In this document: piece after piece, positions 19,686 to 29,932 of the stretch | Position numbering within the stretch: the first letter of the stretch is position 1 | Layout of the letters: every line of letters starts with the position of its first letter | Assembly: GCA_965223845.1 (NCBI GenBank) | Contig: CBDCXR010000004.1 | Location: 2,368,001 to 2,432,000, forward strand | DNA from: Planctomycetota bacterium | GTDB lineage: Bacteria > Planctomycetota > UBA8108 > SXIK01 | Direction of reading: 5' to 3' | DNA: 64,000 nt | Translations under genes and position numbers: made by a program | The notes under the pieces: generated by a model | Told to the model about the DNA's origin: nothing | Seen by the model: the letters and a program-made list of their open reading frames with translations, nothing else | The model's database searches: none

Positions 19686-22625
19686 ATGGTGACTACGCCG
19701 AGCGATCACGGCTCTGGGGGCGTTGTGCCTCGCGCGGAACCGGACGCGCTGCGCAGCGCGGCGGCCCGCGCGCTCTTTCGCGGCTTGCTGCTCGTCGCAC
19801 TCACGGTCGTGGTAATCGTTCTCGCCGTCTCACCCGGGTTCACCCCGGTCGAGGGCGGTGACAACAACTCGGTGCGCGAGCCGTTCGCGGTCGGTCTCCT
19901 GCCCGAGCTCGCGGAGCACCTCGAACGGAACTACCTCGATCCGCAGAAGCTCGCCGAGCCGCGCGAGCTCCTCCGTCGTGCGTTCGTCGCGCTCGAGACC
20001 TCCGTCGACGAAATCTACGTAGAAAACTCCGACCCAGACGACCCGTACGTCCGAGTTCACATCGGGAACAAGGTCCACGTTTACGACCTGCTCACCGTCG
20101 ACCGCTTGAGCGAGGCGGTCCCGATGCTGAACGCCCTCTTTCGGTACATTCAGAACAACTACGAGGGCGAGCTCAGCGTCCGCGACATACAGTACGACGT
20201 CCTCAATGGATTCTTGACCGGGCTCGATCCGCACACGCTGGTGTTCAGCCCGAAAGAGTTCGAGGACTTTTCCGTCCACATCGAAGGCGAGATCGCCGGT
20301 GTGGGCATGTACGTCGGGACGCGCGACGGCAAGCTGACCGCGGTCGAGATTCTGAAGGGAACGCCGGCCGAACGTGCCGGCTTTCAGCGCGGCGACGTGA
20401 TCGTGCAGATTGGGGACGAGTCGACGGTCAATATGACCGTGCTCGAAGCGGTCGACATCATCCGCGGGCCGATCAAGTCGACGGTGACGCTCACCGTCAA
20501 ACGGAAGTCGAAGGATGATCCGAAGAAAGTCGAGACGCTCGCGATCGACGTCGTGCGCGAACGGGTCGTCATCAAGAGCGTCGAATCGTCCCTCATCCGC
20601 GACTGGAAGGGCCCCGGCCTCGGCTCCGCGGACGCGCCCGTCGGTTACGTATCGATTCGCAATTTCGACAAGAACACGACCAGCGGACTCGTGGAGCACC
20701 TCGAGAAGCTGTCGGAGCAGAACGAAGGGAAGCCTCTCGCGGGACTGATCCTCGATTTCCGCGGCAACTCCGGCGGTCTCCTCGACCAGGCCGTCAAGAT
20801 GTGCGACCTCTTCCTGAAGGAAGGCGATGTCGTCGTCCAGGCGTACCGCGGACGCCTCGCGAACCGGCAGAGAGCCGTCGACGACGGCTCGGAGCCCGAG
20901 ATGCCGTTGGTCGTTCTCGGCGACGAACGCTCGGCCTCTGGCGCCGAGATCGTCATCGGTGCTCTGCAAAGAAACGACCGCGCGGTCGTTCTCGGCACCC
21001 GCACGTTCGGCAAGGGCTCCGTGCAGCAGCTCCACCCGCTTCACAGCGTCGCGCCGAAGGTGGCCCAGCTCAAGATCACGGTCAGCGAATATCTAATCCC
21101 GGGCGATATCTCGATCCAAGAAAACGGCGTCGTGCCTGACATCCGCGCGATCCCGGTCGTTCTGAACGGCGATCTCACCGCGGAGGAGTTCGATCTCTTC
21201 CCGGACGAAGATCGGCTGAGCGAAAGGAACTACAACCGCCGCATCGTCTCCCGCTTCGCGCGCGACGAGAAACCTGCACACACGATCAAGTATCTCCATG
21301 TTCCGGAAGAGTACGACCCCGACAACGATCTCTTCGTTCGCGGCGAATTGACGCCGACGACCGACAAGCTCGTCACCGTGGCGCTCAGCGTGCTCGAAGA
21401 GCTTCGGGAGACGCCGAAGCGTTCGGAGATGCTCGCGGAAAAGAGCGCTGCGATCCGCACGCTCGGTGACTCGCTCTTCGGCGAGATCGTCACGAAGCTC
21501 GGAGAGCTCGGCATCGACTGGACCGCCGGTCCGGCGCCGGAACGGCCCTCGGTGGAGCTGAGCCTCAGCACCAAGCTGATCCAGGAGCCGTCGGGCGACG
21601 AAGAGGATCCCGTCCCGATCAACAAGCTCCTCGTGACCGCAAAGCTCAAGAACCGAGGCGACGAAACGCTCTACCGAGTGAAGGGCCGGTCGTCGTCCGA
21701 CTATGTCTTCTACCGCGACCGCGAGTTTCTCTTCGGCAAGATCGAGCCGGGTGCGACCGTCGAACGGTCCCTCCGCGTCACGCTGCCGTACTTTCCGATC
21801 GCCCGGAGTGACGTGATGGGCGTCGAGCTCAGTGGGCACGACAACGCGGTCTTCGCGACCGCGGAGACCGCGATCGCGCTCTCGGGCGCGGGCCGGCCGC
21901 GTTTTTCGATCTCGACGTCACTCGTCGATCGCGAGACCGACGCCGCTCTCGGGCATCTCAGCCCAGGTCGCGAGGTCCGGCTGCGGGCGGTGGTGACGAA
22001 CACGGGAAACGGACCGTCTCACAAGGGCGCGCTGATCCTCCGCAACGAAACCGGCCGGCAAATCTTCCTCACGAAGGGACGGATCGAGTTCAAGGACCTC
22101 GCCCCCGGAGAAGAGAGCGTCGCGGAATTCGAGTTCTCCGTCCGGGATGGGGAACCAGTCTCGGAGTACGAGCTCGAAGTCGCCGCGATCGACACCTACG
22201 CCGGCGCGTCCATCAGCCGTCGCCTCAAGATTCCGAGCGAAGACGACGGCGGCCTCCCGCCAAAGGAGATCACCTACGAGGCGCCGCGGATCACCGCGAG
22301 GCTGAACGCGTCGCCCGAGACATCCGGCCAGCCCGAGCCGCTCCTCGTCACGTCTCTCGCCGCGGTCGAACTCGAGGCGAAGGTGTCCACTCCTACCGGC
22401 GTCCCGTTCAAGTTCTGGATCGTTCGCACGACGGGCGCACGGCACAGCGAGGAGCTCCCGGACAAGATCTTCTACGACGACTCGAAGGGCGCGACGGAGG
22501 CGTCGTTTTCGACGCGCGTTGCGCTCGAGGAGGGAACGAACGTGTTCACCCTCGTCGCGCACGATCGAAACGAACTCGAGACCCGCGAGCGCCTGGTCAT
22601 TCGCCGAGCGACACCGGAGAAATAG
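19686..22625 (+). CDS. S41 C-terminal processing peptidase with PDZ and C-terminal Ig/CARDB-like domains (MXAN_5808-like architecture)
   Basis: N-terminal TM, LDPHT, GVGM PDZ, DFRGNSGGLL, SASGAE (Ser), TFGKGSVQ (Lys), V.N.G Ig-like repeats. Confidence 0.88.
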   Translation: MVTTPSDHGSGGVVPRAEPDALRSAAARALFRGLLLVALTVVVIVLAVSPGFTPVEGGDNNSVREPFAVGLLPELAEHLERNYLDPQKLAEPRELLRRAFVALETSVDEIYVENSDPDDPYVRVHIGNKVHVYDLLTVDRLSEAVPMLNALFRYIQNNYEGELSVRDIQYDVLNGFLTGLDPHTLVFSPKEFEDFSVHIEGEIAGVGMYVGTRDGKLTAVEILKGTPAERAGFQRGDVIVQIGDESTVNMTVLEAVDIIRGPIKSTVTLTVKRKSKDDPKKVETLAIDVVRERVVIKSVESSLIRDWKGPGLGSADAPVGYVSIRNFDKNTTSGLVEHLEKLSEQNEGKPLAGLILDFRGNSGGLLDQAVKMCDLFLKEGDVVVQAYRGRLANRQRAVDDGSEPEMPLVVLGDERSASGAEIVIGALQRNDRAVVLGTRTFGKGSVQQLHPLHSVAPKVAQLKITVSEYLIPGDISIQENGVVPDIRAIPVVLNGDLTAEEFDLFPDEDRLSERNYNRRIVSRFARDEKPAHTIKYLHVPEEYDPDNDLFVRGELTPTTDKLVTVALSVLEELRETPKRSEMLAEKSAAIRTLGDSLFGEIVTKLGELGIDWTAGPAPERPSVELSLSTKLIQEPSGDEEDPVPINKLLVTAKLKNRGDETLYRVKGRSSSDYVFYRDREFLFGKIEPGATVERSLRVTLPYFPIARSDVMGVELSGHDNAVFATAETAIALSGAGRPRFSISTSLVDRETDAALGHLSPGREVRLRAVVTNTGNGPSHKGALILRNETGRQIFLTKGRIEFKDLAPGEESVAEFEFSVRDGEPVSEYELEVAAIDTYAGASISRRLKIPSEDDGGLPPKEITYEAPRITARLNASPETSGQPEPLLVTSLAAVELEAKVSTPTGVPFKFWIVRTTGARHSEELPDKIFYDDSKGATEASFSTRVALEEGTNVFTLVAHDRNELETRERLVIRRATPEK

Positions 22626-22721
22626 TGATCCAACGAACTCGACCGCTGCGGCGACCGCCCCCACCGGCGCCGCGGCGCGTGCCTGCGGGTGAAGGCGTCT
22701 CTCGGGCGAAAGTCGCCGTTT

Positions 22722-24539
22722 TCAGCGAGCGGACTCGAGGTTCGCCTTGAGTCGCGCGATCTTCGCTTCGAGCTCCTTCTTTCGAAGCGAGAACTTCGCC
22801 AGATCGGTCTCGGCCTTCTCACGGCGACTCTTGAGCTGGGATTCGAGATCGTTCTTCGCCCAGCGGAGCTCCTCGAGCACGTCCGCGAACTCGAGCTCGG
22901 CCTTCCCGAGCTCGGATCGCCGCTCGGCGTCTCGGCGGCGCGAGGCGATCGCCCCCGCGGAGGCAGCCGCCGTACCTTCGATCTTCGCGCGGGCTTCGTC
23001 CACGTCGCACTGCGCGAGATCGCGGTCTGCGGCGATCGTTCGGATCTGCGCGTCGATGCGGTATCGATCGCCTTCGAAGAGCTCCCGGAGATACCCGTCT
23101 TCATCCTCGAGCTCGGCGAGTCGACTCTCGACGTACCGTCGATTGCCCTGCGCGATACGTACGTCCCGGGAGTGAACGAGGACCTCGATTTCCTTCGCGA
23201 GCGCCGTCCACTGAGGAGCGTCGGGAGCAACGCCGCGCTCGTCGAGCCGCGCCATCGCCGCTCGTCGCTCCGCCATTTTCGGCTCGAACAGGAAGCCGTC
23301 GCGCGCGAGCACTGTCGCCTCCTCGCGAAGGGGAGGAGGAACGCTCTCTTCGCGCTTGAGCCACTCGAGCTTGAACTCTTCCTGAAGCGCGTAGATCCGA
23401 AGATAGGTCCACTCGATCTCCTCGACGATCACTCGCCCGCGAGCCAGGAGACGAAGCGTCTCGCGCGCACGAGTTTCCGCGCCACTAACGTCTGCGGCGG
23501 CGGGCTCCGCCTTCGCGAGGAGCGTTTCGATCTTCGCGGCGATCGCGCGGAGCTCCGACTTCTTTTCGTCGATCGAAGTCGCGAGCGGGAGAAGTGCATC
23601 GTAGAGACCGAGTCGACTCTCTAGCTTTCTCAGGACCGCCACCGATCGGAGATAATCGATCCACTCTCGCTCCGACCGGATCCGGCGGAGGACGAGCGTC
23701 GCGGGAGTGCGCCGCGAGGCGAGCTCGGCGAGGCTCTCGACGACATCGGTGTTCACGATGGGAGGAAGCATCCACCGCCGGAGGCGTGACGAGGTCGTTG
23801 CGTGCCAGAGGAGCGAATGCGTCGCGCTTCGCCGAAGAGTGCCGCCGAGAGTGATCTCGCAGACCTCGGGAATCGCACTGCCGAAGCTTTCCTCTCGCGA
23901 CGGCACGTCCCCACGGTCCGGGTCGAGCGAGTCCCCGCCCGGCTCAACCGTCTCGTCGGCCGCCGAGTCTCGATCCTCCGCTGGAGCTCCGTCGCGGGCT
24001 TCCGCGCTCCCGTCGCCGTCGCCCTCTTCCGCGGGGGGAGCCGGTTCGGGGCGCGCACGGCGAGCGCCATACGAAAAGCCTCGGACGAACGCGGGAAAGC
24101 CGAAGTCGCCGTCGTTCAGCAAGCCTTCGGCCGGGTACTCCCGGGCGACACCTCCGTCTTCCCACCGGACAATCGCGAGGAGACGATCGCCTTGCGTCTT
24201 TTCGAAGTCCTCCGGGCCCGTGATGTTCCACGCGCTCGCGCCGCGACAGCCGATCGCCTCGAGTGCGCGCGCGATCTCGGGTCCGGTCGCGTCGAACTCG
24301 AGCACGGTCTCGTGCGTCGGACCGCTCCGGTGACAGGCGAAGACCTCGAGGATGCGCGATGGGTTGACGAAGCGGCTCGCGATGTGCACTTCCCCCCGTT
24401 CGGGGACGGCGACGACACTTCCACTCGGCGTCGTGGGCGATTCCTCGGCGAGAACGTCTCGACCCAGCCCACAGAGGAGCAACAACGAGACGGTGACGAC
24501 CACGACTCCCGCCGAAGCGGGGTTCAGGGACCCAGACAT
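22722..24539 (-). CDS. secreted YdjY-like domain protein with C-terminal coiled coil
   Basis: Signal peptide; LEVFAC...HETVL...I..AL.AIG resembles YdjY; long heptad-rich C-terminus. Confidence 0.65.
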   Translation of the reverse strand: MSGSLNPASAGVVVVTVSLLLLCGLGRDVLAEESPTTPSGSVVAVPERGEVHIASRFVNPSRILEVFACHRSGPTHETVLEFDATGPEIARALEAIGCRGASAWNITGPEDFEKTQGDRLLAIVRWEDGGVAREYPAEGLLNDGDFGFPAFVRGFSYGARRARPEPAPPAEEGDGDGSAEARDGAPAEDRDSAADETVEPGGDSLDPDRGDVPSREESFGSAIPEVCEITLGGTLRRSATHSLLWHATTSSRLRRWMLPPIVNTDVVESLAELASRRTPATLVLRRIRSEREWIDYLRSVAVLRKLESRLGLYDALLPLATSIDEKKSELRAIAAKIETLLAKAEPAAADVSGAETRARETLRLLARGRVIVEEIEWTYLRIYALQEEFKLEWLKREESVPPPLREEATVLARDGFLFEPKMAERRAAMARLDERGVAPDAPQWTALAKEIEVLVHSRDVRIAQGNRRYVESRLAELEDEDGYLRELFEGDRYRIDAQIRTIAADRDLAQCDVDEARAKIEGTAAASAGAIASRRRDAERRSELGKAELEFADVLEELRWAKNDLESQLKSRREKAETDLAKFSLRKKELEAKIARLKANLESAR

Positions 24540-24676
24540 TCTCACGCGACGCCTCCTCTGCGGGGGGTGAAGAAAGTCGACGATCGATCCTTCGGAAAAC
24601 GAGATTTACGCTCGACGGCCGCGGTATTGTACCCCGGAGAGCTCGGGGGACCGGAACCGGAGCCCGGAAGCCGCGA

Positions 24677-25927
24677 TCAGATGCCGGAGAAATCGAGCGT
24701 CGCAAAGAGATCGTCGAGGGTCTCTGCACGCCGGATCTCCTCGACCGCACCGTTCTCGCGAACGAGCAGCTCCGCCGAGCGCAGCTTTCCGTTGTAGTTG
24801 AACCCCATGGCGTGACCGTGGGCGCCGGTGTCGTGAATGACGACGAGGTCGCCGATGTCGATCTCCGGAAGCGCACGATCGATTGCGAACTTGTCGTTGT
24901 TTTCGCACAGCGACCCCGTGACGTCATAGACGTGGTCGGCGGGGGCGGTCTCCTTGCCGACGACCGTGAGGTGGTGGTAGGCCCCGTACATCCCAGGTCG
25001 CATGAGATTCGCCATCGACGCGTCGAGCCCGACGAAGTTCTTGTAGGTCCCCTTCTTGTGGCGGACGCGGGACACGAGGAAGCCGTGTGGCCCGGTGATG
25101 AGACGGCCACTTTCGGTGTACACGCGGAGCGGATCGAGACCCGCGGGAACGATGATCTCCTCGTAGAGGTCCCGAACGGAGCGCCCCACCGCCTCGAGGT
25201 CGACGGGAGACTCCTCCGGCCGGTACGGAACGCCGAAGCCACCGCCGAGGTTCACGAACTCGACCCGGAGATCCAGGCGATCTTTCAAATCCCGAGCGAG
25301 CTCGAAGAGCATCCGCGCGGTCGTCGAAAACGCCTCGAGCTCGAGCGCGTTCGAGATCACCATGGTGTGGAGCCCGAACCGCGTCGCCCCCGCCTCGCGC
25401 GCGGCCGCGTACGCGTCGAAGAACTGCGCGCGCGTCACCCCGAACTTCGCCTCCTTCGGGTCGCCGATGATGCGGTTCCCCTCACGCTCCGGCCCGGGGT
25501 TGAACCGAAACGAGATCATCTCGGGCATGCCCGCGTGCTCGATGAGAAACGGCAGATGGCTCACATCGTCTAGGTTGACGATCGCCCCGATCTCGCGCGC
25601 CTTGACGAACTCTTCCGCGGGCGTGTTGTTGGACGAGAACATCACGTCCTCGCCGCGGATGCCGACGCGATCGGCGAGCACGAGCTCGGCGAGCGAGCTG
25701 CAATCCGCCCCGAAGCCCTCGTCGGCGAGAAGCTTCAAAATGAACGGATTCGGCGTCGCCTTGACCGCGAAGAACTCCTTGAATCCTTCGCACCAAGCGA
25801 ACGCCTCGTTGAGGCGCCGCGCGGTGCGGCGAATGCCCGTCTCGTCGTAGATGTGGAGGGGCGTCGGGTACTCGGCGGTGATCCGCTCGAGCAGCTCTCG
25901 ACTGAACGGAAGAGTCTTGTCGTTCAT
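24677..25927 (-). CDS. lysA: diaminopimelate decarboxylase
   Basis: YPTPLHIYDE, FAVKA (PLP Lys), KFG, NLGGG, ESGR, GSLCENND, GAHGHAMGFNYNG. Confidence 0.95.
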   Translation of the reverse strand: MNDKTLPFSRELLERITAEYPTPLHIYDETGIRRTARRLNEAFAWCEGFKEFFAVKATPNPFILKLLADEGFGADCSSLAELVLADRVGIRGEDVMFSSNNTPAEEFVKAREIGAIVNLDDVSHLPFLIEHAGMPEMISFRFNPGPEREGNRIIGDPKEAKFGVTRAQFFDAYAAAREAGATRFGLHTMVISNALELEAFSTTARMLFELARDLKDRLDLRVEFVNLGGGFGVPYRPEESPVDLEAVGRSVRDLYEEIIVPAGLDPLRVYTESGRLITGPHGFLVSRVRHKKGTYKNFVGLDASMANLMRPGMYGAYHHLTVVGKETAPADHVYDVTGSLCENNDKFAIDRALPEIDIGDLVVIHDTGAHGHAMGFNYNGKLRSAELLVRENGAVEEIRRAETLDDLFATLDFSGI

Positions 25928-26018
25928 GGATTCCTGGCGCGAAGTCAACCGGCGGCGCGCGGAACGCCGACCGCCGGAGACGGTCGGCGAGATCGGAGCG
26001 CCGCGAAGAGAATCGGGG

Positions 26019-26027
26019 AGCATACCA
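26019..26027 (-). promoter_or_regulatory. extended -10 element upstream of lysA
   Basis: TGGTATGCT on the minus strand about 90 nt before the start codon. Confidence 0.45.
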
Positions 26028-26495
26028 CACGGGGCGCGCGGAGTCCCGGGAACCGGATTCCGGGCAAGGAGCCCCGGCGGTCGCCCCACTCGGCGTGAGA
26101 TTCGCGCGAGGGCGCCGGGCGGCGACGGCGGATCGTGACCGCGACCTCGACGGCCACTCGGGCCGTCGAATCCCGCAGTCATCGCGGTGCCGAACACCGG
26201 CTCTTCGAGAAGACGTCGAGTTCGTTCGTTCGACGTTAGCCGGCCGTCGTACCCCGATTTGGGCCGCCGCCTCACGCCCCGGTCTCTCTCCGTGCGTTCG
26301 CCACGTCCGAAAGTGACCTGGACGCTCGTCCCCCAACGCGTAAGATGGACTCGGTGATGTTCTATCCGGCGTCATCGCCCGCGCGTCGCCACGAGGCGAA
26401 CCGACGACGCCCTCTTCGGCTAGTGTCGATAGCTTCCTCGATTCGATAGTCTTCCGAAACACGTCGGCGTGTTCGTGGGAGATCGTATGCGCCCC

Positions 26496-28412
26496 ATGAG
26501 GGTACTCTTCGTAGTTCTCTTGGCGATTGCGCCGACCGCGATGACTCGCGCGGCGTCCTCGTTTTCGCTAGGCGACGGGACGGCGGCGGTCGGCGCGAGC
26601 GCGACGATCGAGCTGAGCCTGTCCTCGGACGAACCCGTTCAGGGTCTGACCGCCGCCATCGAATGGAACGGTGCCGAGCTCGAGGCCGTCGCGCTGACTC
26701 CGGCCGATGTTCTCGCGGGCGCCGATACGGTCGTCACCCGGCTCGAGGGCGACTACGCCGTTCTGGGTGTGATCGTCGATGACGACGGCGTGGGCGATCC
26801 GGCGCTTCCGATCGGCGATCAGGTTCTCGCTGCGATCGAGGTTCGCTGCCGCGGCGCGGTCGAAACCACGGAGCTGCGCTTCGCTGACGGTAAGTACGCC
26901 GTAGCCGAAGGTGGCCCGCTCCTCGACAACCTCGTCGTCGTCGAAGGTCAAACGATCGACCGAGAGACCGGCCTCGGGCTGTCGGCAGGTTCTGTCACCT
27001 GCGGCGAAGGAGTGACGCGTCTCTCGTTCGACGATCGCGGTCGAGAATCGAAGGCCGGCGTTTTGCTGTCGAACACCGGACCGGTCGAAGGCTACACCGT
27101 CGCCGTCTGCCACGCTCCGTCCGATCTGAGTCTACGTTCCATCGAAGTCGGTGCGGCGGCCATCGCGGTCGGCGTCGAGTTCTCGGCGGCGTCGGTCTTC
27201 GATGGCGGCGGGACGCTGGCGGTGATTTTCGATATCGATGCGCCGTTTCAGGGTCAAGCGCTCGCCGTCGGGGATCGCCACGAGATCGCCGTGTTCGAGT
27301 ACGAGTGCCTCTCTCCCGGCGCTCCGACGAGACTCGAGTTTTGTGATGCAATTCTGGGCGAACCTGCGCTCGCGAACACGGTGGTCATCGCCGGACTCTC
27401 CGTGGCTCCAGTTCGGAGCGGCATCACGTACGAATGCGCGCCTGCCGACCCGTGCGGACCGGAGATTTGCGGCAACGGAGTCGACGACGATTGCGACGGA
27501 TCGATCGACGAGGAAGACTGCGCGTCCGTCGCGTTTTCCTGCGGCCCGCGGAAGGCCGCGGACATCGGCCAGCCGATTCTCGGCACGGTCGGAAGCGACG
27601 TCGAGCTCTGCTTCTTCCTCGAGACGAGGGAGGATCACGCGGTCGGTGAGCTGCCGCAGTTCGATCACGTCCAGGGCTTCTCGATGGGGGTCGCTCACCC
27701 CTGCTCCCTCACGGCCGGCAAGGACTTCGACATCTCGGGAACGATCCTCGAAGCGATCGGCGCGGAATTCGTATCTCTCGAAACGGACGCCGTCGCGACG
27801 GACGGCGACGGTTGCGAGCTCGTCATCGGAGTACTCGTCGATGCGCTCCCGCCGTTCGATGGAGCGACGATCCCGCCCCTCGACGGCCCACAGCGAATGG
27901 GTTGCCTCACGATGACGATCGCCGACGACGAGGCGCTCTGCGGCACTCCGCTCGCGGTAGAGTTCGTCGACGGCGTGAATATCGCGGGTCAGGCACCGGT
28001 GAAGAATCTCGTCTCGGTCGAGAACACGGCACGCGCGCCCGCGCTGATCAGCTGTGAAATCGAACCTGTGAGTCGCGGCCGTTTCTACCGGGGAGACTGC
28101 GATTTCAGCGGCGGGGAAATCGGGCTCGCCCTCAACATCAACGACGCCGGGGCGATGATTAGCTTCTTCTTCCATGATCCCGCCGTGCGCTTCGAGCCCC
28201 CGTGCCTCGACGCGTGCGACTGCAATGACGATGGTCGCCTCGATCTCGCCGATACGACCTGCGTCCTTCGGTTTCTGTTTCGGAGTGGTCCGATCCCGCC
28301 GCCACCCGGCCCGGGAGTCGAACGGGTCGACGGAGGATTCGCCGACACGCGCGCCGGAATCGATCCGACCTTCGATCTCCTCGACTGCGTAGAAGGCAGT
28401 CGCTGCGATTGA
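26496..28412 (+). CDS. secreted scaffoldin-like protein: three cohesin-like domains, a Cys/Asp metal-binding motif and a dockerin
   Basis: Signal peptide; three related beta-sandwich repeats (VQGLTAAIEW / VEGYTVAVCH / VQGFSMGVAH ... F.D...N.V.V); PEICGNGVDDDCDGSIDE; FYRGDCD...DACDCNDDGRLDLAD. Confidence 0.8.
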   Translation: MRVLFVVLLAIAPTAMTRAASSFSLGDGTAAVGASATIELSLSSDEPVQGLTAAIEWNGAELEAVALTPADVLAGADTVVTRLEGDYAVLGVIVDDDGVGDPALPIGDQVLAAIEVRCRGAVETTELRFADGKYAVAEGGPLLDNLVVVEGQTIDRETGLGLSAGSVTCGEGVTRLSFDDRGRESKAGVLLSNTGPVEGYTVAVCHAPSDLSLRSIEVGAAAIAVGVEFSAASVFDGGGTLAVIFDIDAPFQGQALAVGDRHEIAVFEYECLSPGAPTRLEFCDAILGEPALANTVVIAGLSVAPVRSGITYECAPADPCGPEICGNGVDDDCDGSIDEEDCASVAFSCGPRKAADIGQPILGTVGSDVELCFFLETREDHAVGELPQFDHVQGFSMGVAHPCSLTAGKDFDISGTILEAIGAEFVSLETDAVATDGDGCELVIGVLVDALPPFDGATIPPLDGPQRMGCLTMTIADDEALCGTPLAVEFVDGVNIAGQAPVKNLVSVENTARAPALISCEIEPVSRGRFYRGDCDFSGGEIGLALNINDAGAMISFFFHDPAVRFEPPCLDACDCNDDGRLDLADTTCVLRFLFRSGPIPPPPGPGVERVDGGFADTRAGIDPTFDLLDCVEGSRCD

Positions 28413-28530
28413 TCGAACGCCGACCTGTCCGGCGAGGCTCGACACTCGAGCCCGAATCTCCCAAAATGCTCGCTCGTCGGCCGCGGGGCTGATCGAGAGC
28501 GGAGTGTGAGAGAGGGAGCGTCGAGTCGCG

Positions 28531-29763
28531 GTGGCGAAGCGGAAACCGGCGGGGACGGCCAGAAAGCGTCGTGCGCCAGGCGAAGGCGGCGGATCAAGTC
28601 CCTTCGACCGGCGGGCGCTGCGCCATTTGACGGATCTCCTCGAGATCGAGGGCGTCAGCGGTGATGAAGCTCGCGTCGCCGAGGCCGTACGCGACAAGCT
28701 CGTCGCCGCAGGCGTCTCTCGCCGTTCGATCGGGCACGATCGCGCCCACGAGTCGATACCGGGCGACTTTCGCACCGGGAATCTCATCGTCAAGTTGCCC
28801 GGTACGTTCCGCGCGCCGCGACGACTTCTCGCGGGTCACCTCGACACCGTTCCGCTCTGCCGCGGCGCGAAAGTCGCTCGGCGAGGCGATCGTCTCGAGT
28901 CGGAAGGAGCGACCGCGCTCGGCGCCGACAACCGCACGGCGGTCGCGTGCATCGTTTCAGTTCTCGAGGAGATCGTTCAGCGGAAGCTCCCCCACCCTCC
29001 GCTGACCGCGCTCTTCACCGTGGCCGAAGAGGTCGGGCTTCAGGGCGCGAAACGAGTCAAGATCAGCGATCTCGGGCGGCCGCGCCTCGGGATCAACATC
29101 GACTCCGGCGCACCCTACAAGATCATCGTCGGAGCCGTCGGAGCCGAGCGCTGGGAGGCGCACGTCCACGGAATCTCTTCCCACGCCGGCGTCCATCCCG
29201 AACACGGGGTCTCCGCCGCGCTGATCGCGAGTCGAGCGATCGCGGACGTCGCGGAGCGCGGGTACTTCGGCAAGATTCTCAAGGCGAGGCGGCGCGGTAC
29301 ATCGAACGTCGGAAGCCTGAACGGCGGCGAGGCGACGAACCAGGTCACCGACTACGTTCACGTGCGCGGGGAGTCGCGAAGCCACGATCCTCGATTCGCG
29401 GCGCGGATCACAGGAATCTACCGATCGGCATTCGAGCGCGCGGCGAAGTCGGTCAAGAACACTCGGCGAGACTCGGGTCGCGTGCGATTCTCGTCACACG
29501 TCGACTACTCACCGTTTCGGTTGAGCGCGGACGAGCCCGTCGTTCAGCTCGCGTTCGAGACCGCGCGCGAGCTCGGCGGCACGCCCGAAACGATCATTGC
29601 GGACGGCGGCCTCGATGCGAGCGCGCTCAACGCGAAGGGGATTCCGACGATCACGGTCGGAGCCGGGCAGCACGGCGCGCACACGACGTCGGAGTACGTC
29701 GACCTCGACGAGTACTTCGCCGGGTGCCGATTCGTTCTCGAGCTCGCTACCCGACGAGCTTGA
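28531..29763 (+). CDS. M20 family metallopeptidase (peptidase T-like)
   Basis: GHLDTV, LGADNR, AEEVGL.G, SHAGVHPE.G, GG.D, H...E metal ligands. Confidence 0.9.
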   Translation: MAKRKPAGTARKRRAPGEGGGSSPFDRRALRHLTDLLEIEGVSGDEARVAEAVRDKLVAAGVSRRSIGHDRAHESIPGDFRTGNLIVKLPGTFRAPRRLLAGHLDTVPLCRGAKVARRGDRLESEGATALGADNRTAVACIVSVLEEIVQRKLPHPPLTALFTVAEEVGLQGAKRVKISDLGRPRLGINIDSGAPYKIIVGAVGAERWEAHVHGISSHAGVHPEHGVSAALIASRAIADVAERGYFGKILKARRRGTSNVGSLNGGEATNQVTDYVHVRGESRSHDPRFAARITGIYRSAFERAAKSVKNTRRDSGRVRFSSHVDYSPFRLSADEPVVQLAFETARELGGTPETIIADGGLDASALNAKGIPTITVGAGQHGAHTTSEYVDLDEYFAGCRFVLELATRRA

Positions 29764-29932
29764 ATCGCGCGCCGACTGGGAAGCGAGCCTCAGACAGGTT
29801 CCCAAAATGTAGTGTGCCTCGGCGACCACTTGATCCGGGCGTCGACGAGACGACAATGGTCCGCGTCGCACCCCATCCTCGCGCGTTCCGCGCGATCTCT
29901 TCCCGCATGGATCAGCTCGAACGGACTCTCGC

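Noticed and set aside
25928-26468. Possible lysine riboswitch upstream of lysA
   Set aside because: Only a 9-bp hairpin (25965-25989) is visible, and the likely -10 at 26019-26027 leaves a leader too short for this riboswitch. An Rfam scan would settle it.
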